Assembly: GCA_000175855.1 (NCBI GenBank)
Contig: ACYB01000020.1
Span: forward strand, 95,753 to 127,752
DNA: 32,000 bases
Direction: 5' to 3'
Source of the DNA: Raphidiopsis brookii D9
GTDB taxonomy: Bacteria > Cyanobacteriota > Cyanobacteriia > Cyanobacteriales > Nostocaceae
A program made the translations under genes and the position numbers. The notes beneath the pieces were generated by a model that was not told the origin of the DNA, made no database searches, and saw only the letters and a program-made list of their open reading frames with translations. Below are positions 19,405 through 28,993 of this stretch, piece after piece (the first letter of the stretch is position 1; the number at the start of each line of letters is the position of its first letter).

Positions 19405-20709
19405 ATGAAATGTGTAAACTGCGGAACTGATAACAAGCTAAGGGACAGAAAAGAAAGGAATGGAAGATGTAAACAATGTCATCACCAGTTCACTTTTGAA
19501 CCAACAGATATGGGAGCGGTAAAAATTACAGATGCCATGTTTTCTAAAACGTTGGCTGATATCTCTGTCAATCATACGTTACATTTTACAAATAAACAGT
19601 TTTTATATTTTTTAGATAGTCGTCTGAAGAAGAAAGCATTTAAATCCTCTGGTTTTTGGATACTGTACTTTTCGTTGAGTATTTTCCTAGCATCTATTTT
19701 TGGAATAGTGGGCAATTTAATTTTGCAAGTGTTATTTGTTACTTACTTATTTCTCCTTGCTCAGTCCAATAAACTTGATAGTTTTACTCGCAGAAATAGT
19801 GCCAAGAGATTGGTGTTTGTTGGCGTATTCATCTTAATATTTAGCACATTATTGTGGTGGTCATCTTACAATGTAAACTTGATTTTTTATTCCTTCACCT
19901 TTTTAGGAATCTTGTCAGTATTATTGGGAATACTCCAATTAGTCAGGATTAAAAATTCACGAGACTTAGGATATGATAGTCAAGAATTTTTAATTACTCA
20001 GTCAAATGTCAATGATTGGTTAGCAAGATGGCAATTATTGAATGGCAAAGTTGATAAAATCTTACCGGAAACACCAACCGAAATTGAAGCAGCATCTATT
20101 AATCCAGAAATAACCGCTTACAGTTTTGATAGACTAGTGGTTTGTAGTAGTCCCAGTATAGCTCAAGTGTTAATTGCTAATAACTTACATTTTGAGCATA
20201 ATTGTGCAATTTTAAGTATGAATGGTTATCCTGAAAATATTTTTGGGATAACCATGGAAATGTTAAAAAGAAACCCTAATTTACAGATTTTTGCTTTACA
20301 TGATTGTAGTCCTGAAGGTGTGAGTTTAGTAAATTATATTCGCACCGATGAAAATTGGTTTTTAAATAGTCAACTCCCCATTATTGATATTGGGTTATTA
20401 CCAAGACAAATTCTAGGCAATAAGGGAGGAATGTTTATACAAAATACAGCTACCTCAGCGGAAAAATCCAAGAACTTACCCATGGAAATTCGTCAAACTC
20501 TATCTGCTCAAGAATTAGCTTGGTTAGATGCTGGTAACTTTATCGAGTTAGAATCCTTTTCACCACAAACATTGATTCAAGTGATTAGAAATGCTATTTC
20601 TAGAAGTTTTGATTTAGTACCTGATAGTAATGGTTTATTAGTAATCAGCGATCCAGTTAATTATGTTGATACTAATAATAGTATTTACATGATTGAAAGT
20701 TTTGGTTAA
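19405..20709 (+). CDS. Uncharacterised protein: N-terminal zinc ribbon, TM segments, large C-terminal domain
   Basis: MKCVNCGTDNKLRDRKERNGRCKQCHHQF (CxxC...CxxC), several hydrophobic helices, then a soluble domain with FDRLVVCSSPSIAQVLIANNLHFEHNCAILSMNGYP. Confidence 0.75.
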   Translation: MKCVNCGTDNKLRDRKERNGRCKQCHHQFTFEPTDMGAVKITDAMFSKTLADISVNHTLHFTNKQFLYFLDSRLKKKAFKSSGFWILYFSLSIFLASIFGIVGNLILQVLFVTYLFLLAQSNKLDSFTRRNSAKRLVFVGVFILIFSTLLWWSSYNVNLIFYSFTFLGILSVLLGILQLVRIKNSRDLGYDSQEFLITQSNVNDWLARWQLLNGKVDKILPETPTEIEAASINPEITAYSFDRLVVCSSPSIAQVLIANNLHFEHNCAILSMNGYPENIFGITMEMLKRNPNLQIFALHDCSPEGVSLVNYIRTDENWFLNSQLPIIDIGLLPRQILGNKGGMFIQNTATSAEKSKNLPMEIRQTLSAQELAWLDAGNFIELESFSPQTLIQVIRNAISRSFDLVPDSNGLLVISDPVNYVDTNNSIYMIESFG

Positions 20710-20724
20710 GTTTATACATAAAAT

Positions 20725-22461
20725 TCATCGTTGGGATTTATTGACCTGTAACCAAATTTCTAAACTAACCAACAACCATAATTTCACACCATATCTTCCC
20801 CAAGTATCACCTTGAAAATCCAACCAGTTACGGATAATATCCTGATTTATATAGTTGGCAATTTCACCGTTTTTGTTCAATAACAATTTTCTGGCTTGTT
20901 TTTGCCAATATTTTCTAAACCCTAATTGTACGGGAACCATCATACCACTTTTAGGACGCTGAATGATTTCCTTAGGCAAAATATTACTGACCGCGTTTTT
21001 AAAAACGGCTTTTTCCTCAACTCCTGAAAGTTTATACTCCGGAGGAATTTGCATACTAAAATCAACTATACGCCGATCAAATAGAGGTGATAACCCTTGC
21101 AAACCAGCTCCTTGAGTGAGATTATTAACCTTGGTTAAAATATGGTCTGCTCCCTTAAATTTGATATTTAATATCATTAATCTGTTGAGATAATTTATCT
21201 TAGCATTTAAATCATCAACAAATACACAGGGTTGGTTTACTAGAGTCTGCCAAACTTCAGTTTTTAGCAGTTGCGGTAGGTCTAGAGCGCATTTTTGAAA
21301 AGATATTAAATAGGCTTTTAAAGAATCTTGATGATTAATTCTACTATATAAACTATTAATCAACATTGGTTGATTTTTGGGTCCACCAAAACAGGGATCT
21401 CCCCCTTCTCCATTCAAGATAATTTGCACATTTTCTCTAGCCAATTTGCCCAACAATAAATTTGGTACTGTCAATGGGTCACCTATAGGGTTATCCAGAT
21501 ATAACATAGTTTGTGGTAAAAGTTCCCACATTTGTTTAAATGTAATTTCTAAAATGTGATGTTCGGTTTGACAATGTTGGGCAACTAAACTAGAAAATTC
21601 GAGTTCGTTAGGTGTTTCGGTGCCAAAATGAATGGAATATGTATGAACTGGTGAATTATGAAATTTTCTGGTCAATGCTGTAATACTACTAGAATCCAAT
21701 CCACCGGAGAGAAATACTCCCACGGGTTGATTTTCAGGTAAATATTCTTTGACAACTTGTTCCAGTAAACAACGTAATTTTTCACCATACCATTCCAGAG
21801 GTTGATATGGTTCTATAATATTCTCTTTTAATTGCCAATAATGAGTAATTTCATGGGATGGAATTTTTAAAAATGTCCCTTGAGCAATTTCTTGCACATT
21901 TTGCCAAAGTGTCTTTGTTCCGGGAACAAATGCACAACATAAATAATCTCGTAATGCAATTAGATCCAACTGATGGTAGTGGTAAGGTGCAAGAGTTGTT
22001 AATTTAGGAGCTATGTAATATGTGCCACGATCAAGAGTGTAATATAAATTCTTTTTCCCTATGGCATCCCTAATCAAGTATAATTCTTGTTGGTTCCTAT
22101 CCCAAATGACAATATTAAACATTCCCAATAACATGGTCAATGATTGATGGTTGTATTTTTCCCACAGTTGGGCTACTATTTGTTGATCACTAATTTCAGT
22201 ATGATTATCAAGACATAACTTTTCTAAAAGTTGCCAGCGATTACTCAACCATATATCACCCATGATAATAAATCTTTGCTTGGGACTAACACTGAAATTC
22301 TCTGAGGAAACAAAGGCGATTTTTCGATCTTGCCAAATTATCTTCTCCCTTGATTTATTGATCTCATCCAGGTTACCATAGACCACAAACCAACTGGGAA
22401 TTAAGTCAAGATGTCCCGGTGGGAATTGACGATTTGGTCCAAGTTTAAAAAACATTCTCAC
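20725..22461 (-). CDS. Second asparagine-synthase-fold protein lacking the N-terminal glutaminase Cys
   Basis: SGGLDSSSITALTRK, IILNGEGGDPCFGG, RPKSGMMVPVQLG. The N-terminus MRMFFKLGPNRQ has no Cys2. It retains a class-II-like region (FNIVIWDRNQQELYLIRDAIGKKNLYYT). Confidence 0.88.
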   Translation of the reverse strand: MRMFFKLGPNRQFPPGHLDLIPSWFVVYGNLDEINKSREKIIWQDRKIAFVSSENFSVSPKQRFIIMGDIWLSNRWQLLEKLCLDNHTEISDQQIVAQLWEKYNHQSLTMLLGMFNIVIWDRNQQELYLIRDAIGKKNLYYTLDRGTYYIAPKLTTLAPYHYHQLDLIALRDYLCCAFVPGTKTLWQNVQEIAQGTFLKIPSHEITHYWQLKENIIEPYQPLEWYGEKLRCLLEQVVKEYLPENQPVGVFLSGGLDSSSITALTRKFHNSPVHTYSIHFGTETPNELEFSSLVAQHCQTEHHILEITFKQMWELLPQTMLYLDNPIGDPLTVPNLLLGKLARENVQIILNGEGGDPCFGGPKNQPMLINSLYSRINHQDSLKAYLISFQKCALDLPQLLKTEVWQTLVNQPCVFVDDLNAKINYLNRLMILNIKFKGADHILTKVNNLTQGAGLQGLSPLFDRRIVDFSMQIPPEYKLSGVEEKAVFKNAVSNILPKEIIQRPKSGMMVPVQLGFRKYWQKQARKLLLNKNGEIANYINQDIIRNWLDFQGDTWGRYGVKLWLLVSLEIWLQVNKSQR

Positions 22462-22530
22462 TCCTTACTATTGCTTAACCTGTTGGTGTAACCTTTAGTA
22501 TAACTAATCAAACTAATCATTTAACCTAAA

Positions 22531-23268
22531 ATGAATGATCAAAACATGATCAAAACAATTTTCGTTCCCCAGGGATCAGAGTACCAAGCTGTTTATCGTG
22601 GATTAAATTCTGTGTTCAGGAATTCTGTCTCTAATTCAAAGATACAAGTCATTGGCATACCTATGGGCATTTCATCACTTCAAGAATTCCTCACAAGGAA
22701 ATATCAACACCTAAAGCAATCAAATCAAAGAATATTACTTATGGGACTATGTGGTAGTCTCCACGGAAGTTATCGTGTGGGTGATACTGTATTATATGAA
22801 AAGTGTATATATGATAAAAAACAATTAGATAAGACAAATCCAGTAAACTCAATAAATCAAATAAACTGCGACATTAGTTTAACTCAAGATATATATGAGC
22901 GTATTGGAAATAGGGTATCGTTAGTGAGGGGAATAACAAGTGATACAGTAGTTTTTAAATCCTCTGAAAAACGGAGTCTACATCAAAAATTTGGTGCTGA
23001 TGTGGTGGACATGGAAGGATTTGGGTTCCTAGAGTTTTTCCAGGGAACAGGGATATCCACCGCAATACTAAGAGTTGTTAGTGATGATTCAATTCATGAC
23101 ATACCAGACTTGACCAAAGCTATCAACTCCCAAGGTTTACTGGAGATCTTACCTTTAGTAATCACTTTAACTCGACAACCTATAGCTGCTAGTCACTTAA
23201 TTAGGGGTTCACTATGCGGATTAAAGCAATTAGAGACAGTAACTAGGTGTTTAGCAATTCAGGAGTAA
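22531..23268 (+). CDS. Nucleoside phosphorylase/nucleosidase superfamily protein
   Basis: ILLMGLCGSLHGSYRVGD, VVDMEGFGFLEFF, ILRVVSDD; fold-typical spacing. Confidence 0.75.
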   Translation: MNDQNMIKTIFVPQGSEYQAVYRGLNSVFRNSVSNSKIQVIGIPMGISSLQEFLTRKYQHLKQSNQRILLMGLCGSLHGSYRVGDTVLYEKCIYDKKQLDKTNPVNSINQINCDISLTQDIYERIGNRVSLVRGITSDTVVFKSSEKRSLHQKFGADVVDMEGFGFLEFFQGTGISTAILRVVSDDSIHDIPDLTKAINSQGLLEILPLVITLTRQPIAASHLIRGSLCGLKQLETVTRCLAIQE

Positions 23269-23297
23269 GTCCCTGAAATACCCAACAAATCAGGGAC
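23269..23297. terminator. Hairpin immediately after the phosphorylase-like gene
   Basis: GTCCCTGA (23269-23276) / TCAGGGAC (23290-23297), perfect 8-bp stem with 13-nt loop. No clear U-tract, so only a candidate terminator or processing hairpin. Confidence 0.45.
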
Positions 23298-23349
23298 AGG
23301 CAAAATTGAAGCAAATTCAGTTCTTTAACAATCACTATTAAATGAATCA

Positions 23350-23526
23350 TCAAATTGCTGATAGTAGTATTTGAGAATCAAAAAACATTTTAAAAGAATC
23401 ATTAGGGACAAGTTGACGCAGATGCTGAATATAGCCATCCATATCTGACTTACTGCGAAAGCGAGCAACAATACGCTGCATTAGGTTAAGTAAGAAATAG
23501 GCGTTCAGTCTAGCACTAGTTGCCAA
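23350..23526 (-). CDS. Small ORF downstream of and co-oriented with the HlyD-like gene (43 aa from ATG 23481, or 58 aa from TTG 23526)
   Basis: Hand translation: (MATSARLNAYFLLNL)MQRIVARFRSKSDMDGYIQHLRQLVPNDSFKMFFDSQILLSAI. Below the size cutoff of the supplied ORF track. Confidence 0.35.
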   Translation of the reverse strand: MATSARLNAYFLLNLMQRIVARFRSKSDMDGYIQHLRQLVPNDSFKMFFDSQILLSAI

Positions 23527-23552
23527 AAGTTAGCAAGTGGATAACTAGTTAA

Positions 23553-25118
23553 TTACCTTACTTTCTGTAAGCTCTCAAATTGATTAGTAAACACATCCGT
23601 AAACAAACTCATAACGCTCCTTTCCTCACGCACTTTGATATTGGCAGTAATGGCCATACCAGACTGTAAAGCAATAGTTCTACCTTGAGATTCTATAGTT
23701 TGTTTATTTAAACTAACCCGCGCTGGAAAGCGATAAAACTGATGGGTCTGGTCAGGAGGTAAAGCATCTGAACCGATATTAGTTACTTTACCTTTGATAT
23801 CGCCAAACTCAGTAAAGGGGAAGGAATCAATTCTCACATCCACCTTCATTCCCTCCTTCACAAATCCAATATCCTTATTGGTGATAAATACCTCTGCTAT
23901 ATATTTATCATTGGGGACAATCTGGAGTAACTTTTGTGTTGGGTTAGCCACAAAACCTGGGTTTTTTGCCTGCATATCAAATATTATACCTGACACGGGA
24001 GCACGAAGTTCTTGATATTTGACGTTTAATTTTGTCTGGGAAATTTTACTGTTAATGTCTGACAATCTCTGTTCATTTTCTAAAATTATTCTCATAAATT
24101 GGCTGTCTATTTCCGCCATTCGCTTTTTGTTAGTAGCTATCTGTTCCAACACGTTCTTATCGGTGACTGCTACAGTGTTAGCTACCTCTTGTTGTGCCCT
24201 TTGAATATCAAACTGTAGACGCTTTTCTTCTTCCAACAACTGAGCTATTTCCGCTTTCAAGTTTTGCACCTGCTGTTGCTGATTGAGATATTGCAGTTGA
24301 GAAATACCTCCCTCTTTGGCGAGGACTTCTACCCTATGTAAGATTCCTTGTTGAATTGATAGACTGTTCTGTGTATCCTTTCTCTTCACTATTGTTTGAG
24401 ATAGTTGTTTCTTAATTTTTTCTACCTCGAATTTGGCCGCATTGGAGCGAGATTCTAATTCTTTTCTAGCTACAATTAGTCTTTGTTGCTCATCAATTCC
24501 TCCTCCTACTTGCGCGTTGGAATTTCCCAGTTGTGAACGTAACAATTGATTTTCTTCTACTAGAGAAATCCGACTTTTTAATAGAAATGCTGCTTCTGCT
24601 GGTAGACCACCACCCAGAAAATTCAATTCTGAACTGACAGCACTACTTGCATTCATCAAACGACGATAGATGTCATTCTCCCTGATTAAAACAGCACGAA
24701 CGTTATTGAGAGATCCGAGCTCAGCTCGGGTAGCAATGGATTCAAATGTTAATAGTAGATCTCCCTTTTTCACCTCCTGTCCATCCTTGACATGAATAGA
24801 CTCTACCACACCACTAATAGGTGCTTGTACATCCTTTACCGTACCCTCTGGTTTTAATTGTCCTGTAGCGGGAACTACTTGTTCAATTTTTGCATAATAA
24901 GCCCAACCCACGCCAAAACAGGCCACAAGCATCAAGGTAATCATGATTGTGCGTGACCAAATGGGTGATTGTCGTAAAACTATGGATTGTTCAAAGCTGT
25001 CTTGATAAGCATGACTTAAATTCCCTGCTTTGGCTTTTGATAGGGTTTGAAGTACCCCCAGATTAGTATTTTTACCATTACTATTGCCTATTGGATGATC
25101 GTTATTAAATTGAGTCAT
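23553..25118 (-). CDS. HlyD-family periplasmic adaptor (type I secretion membrane fusion protein)
   Basis: Single N-terminal TM; VVPATGQLKPEGTVKDVQAPISGVVESIHVKDGQEVKKGDLLL lipoyl-like half-motif; long coiled coil; YQELRAPVSGIIFDMQAKNPGFV second half. Confidence 0.93.
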   Translation of the reverse strand: MTQFNNDHPIGNSNGKNTNLGVLQTLSKAKAGNLSHAYQDSFEQSIVLRQSPIWSRTIMITLMLVACFGVGWAYYAKIEQVVPATGQLKPEGTVKDVQAPISGVVESIHVKDGQEVKKGDLLLTFESIATRAELGSLNNVRAVLIRENDIYRRLMNASSAVSSELNFLGGGLPAEAAFLLKSRISLVEENQLLRSQLGNSNAQVGGGIDEQQRLIVARKELESRSNAAKFEVEKIKKQLSQTIVKRKDTQNSLSIQQGILHRVEVLAKEGGISQLQYLNQQQQVQNLKAEIAQLLEEEKRLQFDIQRAQQEVANTVAVTDKNVLEQIATNKKRMAEIDSQFMRIILENEQRLSDINSKISQTKLNVKYQELRAPVSGIIFDMQAKNPGFVANPTQKLLQIVPNDKYIAEVFITNKDIGFVKEGMKVDVRIDSFPFTEFGDIKGKVTNIGSDALPPDQTHQFYRFPARVSLNKQTIESQGRTIALQSGMAITANIKVREERSVMSLFTDVFTNQFESLQKVR

Positions 25119-25146
25119 AAGGATTTTTCGGGTTGATGATTGAGTA

Positions 25147-28100
25147 TTAAAGATTGACTTCCTGTTGCTGGTAAAGGTAGAAATAGTGTCCTTTAGCAGT
25201 CATTAGTTTTTGGTGACTACCCTGTTCCACAACTCTACCGCCATCCATGACTACAATTGTATCTGAATTGCTCACAGTATTGAGACGGTGAGTGATAAAG
25301 AAAACAGTTTTGCCCTGGAATGCTTTAGCCAAGTTCAAGCATATTTGCCTTTCTGTGGGATAGTCTAGGGCACTTGTGGCTTCATCTAAAACTAATATTT
25401 TAGGTTTTTGCAGTATGGAACGAGCAATGGCTATTCTTTGTCTTTGTCCTCCAGACAGGTTCGACCCTTTTTCCCCAACTTTGGTGTTATAACCATTGGA
25501 GAGATTCATGATAAATTCATGAGCAACTGCTATTTGAGCTGCTTCCACCACTTCCTCCGTGGTGGCGTCAGGATTGGTTAGGGCTATATTATCGAATACT
25601 GTTCCATCAAATAATAGAGTATCTTGGGGAACCACACCGATTTGTCTTCTGACGGAATAAAGCTCAACCTTGCTGATGTCGTAACCATCAATAAAAATTC
25701 TCCCAGACTCAGTATTATAAAGTCTCAGGAGTAATTTCATCATGGTACTTTTTCCTGACCCACTTTGTCCCACAATGCCCACAAATGTGCCCGCTGGAAA
25801 ATCTAAACTGACGTTATTTAGTTGCAGGGATCCGTTTGTCGCAAAGCGGAAGCAAACATTTTCATATTTGACTGCACCAACAACACTGGGTAAGGGAATA
25901 TTATCTTTGTCTACTTCTGCTTCCTGAGGTGTGTCCACAATATCACTCAATCTCTCCAGGGATAATCCTGTTTCTTGGAAGTTTTGCCAGATTTGTGCCA
26001 GTCTCAATATGGGACTGGTAACATAACTAGAAATAATTCTAAAAGCAATTAATTCCCCTAGAGTTAATTCTCCTTGTAAAACTAAATAAGCTCCTACCCA
26101 TAATACTAACAAGCTACTTAGTTTATTGAGAAACTGACTAGTAGAATTAGCTAATGTTGATGTAATAACTGTTTTAAAACCTGCGGAAACAAACTTAGCA
26201 TAACGCTCTTGCCAAGAAAAGCGCGATCGCAGTTCAATATTTTGGGCCTTTACCGTTTGAATACCAGACATTACCTCCACTAAATAGGACTGGGTAGTGG
26301 CATTGCGTTCTGCTTTTGTGCGCAATTGTCGGCTAACAGTAGGAGCAGCAATTAATGTAATCACGACAAAGAGGGGAATAGTTCCCAGTCCCACCAAGGT
26401 TAGTTCCCAACTATAAAACACCATAACGACGATATAGATCACAGAAAATATCGCATCCAGTCCAACTGTCAAAGCTGTTCCTGTGAGAAACTGGCGAATA
26501 TTTTCTAACTCATTCACCCGAGTAGCTAATTCCCCCACGGGTCTGCGTTCAAAATAACGCAGTGGCAGTCTGAGTAAATGATCAATAATTTGTGAACCCA
26601 ACCCCATATCAATGCGGTTAGTGGTATCTACGAATAAATAGGTTCGTAAGGTAGTTAATATGGCTTCAAACACACCAACCGCTAATAGTAATACCCCCAA
26701 AACATTCAGGGTACTAATACTATTTTGTACTATGACTTTATCGATAATTAACTGAATAACCAGTGGATTTGCCAATGCGGCCAGTTGTACAAAAAATGAA
26801 GCAATAAATACTTCTATTAAAACCCGGCGGTAACGTGATAAGTAGGGGAGAAACCAACGTAGTCCAAAGCGCTCTTGAGGGGTTTCGGAGGTGGGACTAA
26901 TCTGGAGGACTTTGATTTGAGATTCCGGATTAGTATCATCAGTTGGTATTTGCTCTAGCAGTTTGGTGGGTTTATAGTTGATTATTCCCTGGGATGGAAT
27001 AGCTACAACTATTCTACTTGCATCTGCTTCATAAACCACAGCATAACCATCCCGGTGTTGGATAATAGCTGGTGTCTGAATCTCCGCAATTTTATTGGGA
27101 TGAATATCTACTAACTGGGATTTTAACCCAATAACTTCCCCACATAGGCGCAAAGTTGAAAAGATACATTACCTTGACGTTTAAGGTTATCACTTAAAAT
27201 CCGACGAACTACTTCCTTACGCAGGGGAATTTGTAAGTGCTTGGCCAACATCTGAAAGCAAGCCAATGTGGAATTTAGCTCACCCCACCCCGCAAAAAAT
27301 GGATATTTCTGACGATTTTTACTCGATTTTGCTTTTCTATTTTCCTGGGGAGAAAATTCTGTCGTTATGGCAAAGGGAATATCTATAACATCAACATCTG
27401 TTTTTTTACGTGGATCTTCTATCTTTTCTGGTTCCCTATTCTCTTGTTGTTCCAGCAACAATAACGCTTCACAACTAATACCCAATAACCGGGCTGGAAT
27501 TTTTCCTTTAACCTGTAAAACCTCTCGATTGTTGCTTGACACTATCTGGGAATTCACGGGGAAATTTGTAATCTGACCGCTACTCACAAACCAAGTTCTA
27601 TCACTTCCTAGTTGGTCTAATGGAGTTTTTCCTGGGGGTAGATATTGGATTTTAGACTCTGGTAAAATATCTCGGGTTATATCCTTCAAATTCAGATTTC
27701 CATAGGCTTTTTGAGCTACATGATGGCTAATCACATCAAAAACCTCTATGATGTGATTTTTTTCTTGACGCTCCTTGGCAAAATCAGAGTTTTGGGAAAA
27801 TACTGACAGATAATCTACTGGGTTCCAAGTTAAACATACTACCTCCGTCGATGCGATCGCCGTTTCGCAGGCTATCTGTCGCAGATAACTAATTTCCCCA
27901 ATTATTGCTCCTGGTTCCAACATTTGGAGGGTAATTGGCAATTGACTTTGGAGATGATATGCCAATAATCTCACCTTTCCTTGGTACACAATTACTATCC
28001 GCTCTGGTAGTTTTTCCTTACCAACAATTTTCTGACCCAACCGGTAACGTAAAGGTTGTTGTTTTGACAGCAAATGGTTGATTTCTGTTGCGGATAGCCT

Positions 28101-28157
28101 TTCAAACCCTGGAATTTTATGAAGAAATTCCGACAACTCCTGACTACTGTAGCTCAT
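25147..28157 (-). pseudogene. Type I secretion ABC exporter with N-terminal cyclic-nucleotide-binding-like domain and degenerate C39-like domain, split by a 1-nt frameshift at 27138-27141
   Basis: ORF 28157..27123 (CNB-like plus start of C39-like) and ORF 27153..25147 (ABC TM plus NBD: GQSGSGKST, LSGGQRQRIAIARSI, ILVLDEATSALD). Adding one C to the CCCC run at 27138-27141 gives FQLCAYVGEVIGLKSQLVDI and a 1003-aa protein. Confidence 0.85.
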
Positions 28158-28225
28158 ATTTGTGTTCTTTGTTATACATTCTAAGGGTTTTTGGTCATAA
28201 TTTGGTTATAAACAGGAAACAACGA

Positions 28226-28993
28226 TTAATTTTCTGACTCCTTGATTTGCCAGTTTTGGGGTGAAACTTGTGCTTTTAACCAGGACTGAAACCGCTCATT
28301 GATTAATCTTTGACGCATCCCAGAGTCTAATTGAGCAGGTAGCATTTTTTCTAACCGCACAATTACTATCCAATCTTCTATAGCAGTTGGTAGTGACAGT
28401 TGCTGCGGTTGACTTGTTGATAGGATTCTCACTAATAGAGGATGGAGGGACTGTAATTCCACCGGACCAACCAATCCACTGGTTTTAGCTTCTGGTCCTT
28501 GAGAGTATTCCTGGGCAAGTTGGGCAAAGGACTGCTCCCCCTCTTGAACACGAAAATATATTTCTTGAGCAACACCCCTATCATTGGTGGTGATTAGGGA
28601 GTATATAACTCTGTCCAGTTGGGGTTTACGTTGGTAAAAGTAGGAGTCTATGTCTTTTGCCCAGGTTACTTCCTTAAACCTTTCCAGTTTTAGTTGACGA
28701 GTCGCCATATTTTGTAACTGTTCTTGACTTATTCCCTGTTCTTTTTGTCCCTGATATTCTTGGGTTAACTGTTCATAGGCCAATCGCTCCTCTTCTGGTG
28801 TACACGAAATCTGGGCGATCGCCTGTTCCATAATCACCTCTTGAAGAAACATTGGTATTAATTGGTACTTATTCAATAATTTTAGTACTTCCGGGGCGGT
28901 TAGTGTATGATAACTTTCCCGCCCAGAAAAATTCCTGAATTGCAGAACTGGATTCATATCATTAAGATCAGCAGATTTACTTATGGTTGCCAA
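28226..28993 (-). CDS. Parvulin/PpiC-type peptidyl-prolyl isomerase
   Basis: ARGVAQEIYFRVQEGEQSFAQLAQEYSQGPEAKTSGLVGPVELQSLHPLLVRILS, with N-terminal SurA-like helices. Confidence 0.8.
   Translation of the reverse strand: MATISKSADLNDMNPVLQFRNFSGRESYHTLTAPEVLKLLNKYQLIPMFLQEVIMEQAIAQISCTPEEERLAYEQLTQEYQGQKEQGISQEQLQNMATRQLKLERFKEVTWAKDIDSYFYQRKPQLDRVIYSLITTNDRGVAQEIYFRVQEGEQSFAQLAQEYSQGPEAKTSGLVGPVELQSLHPLLVRILSTSQPQQLSLPTAIEDWIVIVRLEKMLPAQLDSGMRQRLINERFQSWLKAQVSPQNWQIKESEN

Noticed and set aside
23298-23552. Decayed transposon between the phosphorylase-like gene and HlyD
   Set aside because: No transposase motif or terminal repeats could be identified. The coding-like fragment is reported instead as a small ORF.
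1953-28824. Repeated GCGATCGC octamers (e.g. 1953, 7512, 9571, 12985, 17610, 26223, 27853, 28817)
   Set aside because: This is the HIP1 motif, abundant genome-wide in many cyanobacteria, so not specific to any feature here.
16264-28993. Full lasso-peptide or other RiPP biosynthetic cluster built on the asparagine-synthase-like proteins and the exporter
   Set aside because: No McjB-like transglutaminase, RRE domain or convincing precursor peptide was seen beside the AsnB-like genes. The exporter's C39-like domain lacks catalytic residues. Kept only as a loose possibility behind the cassette finding.
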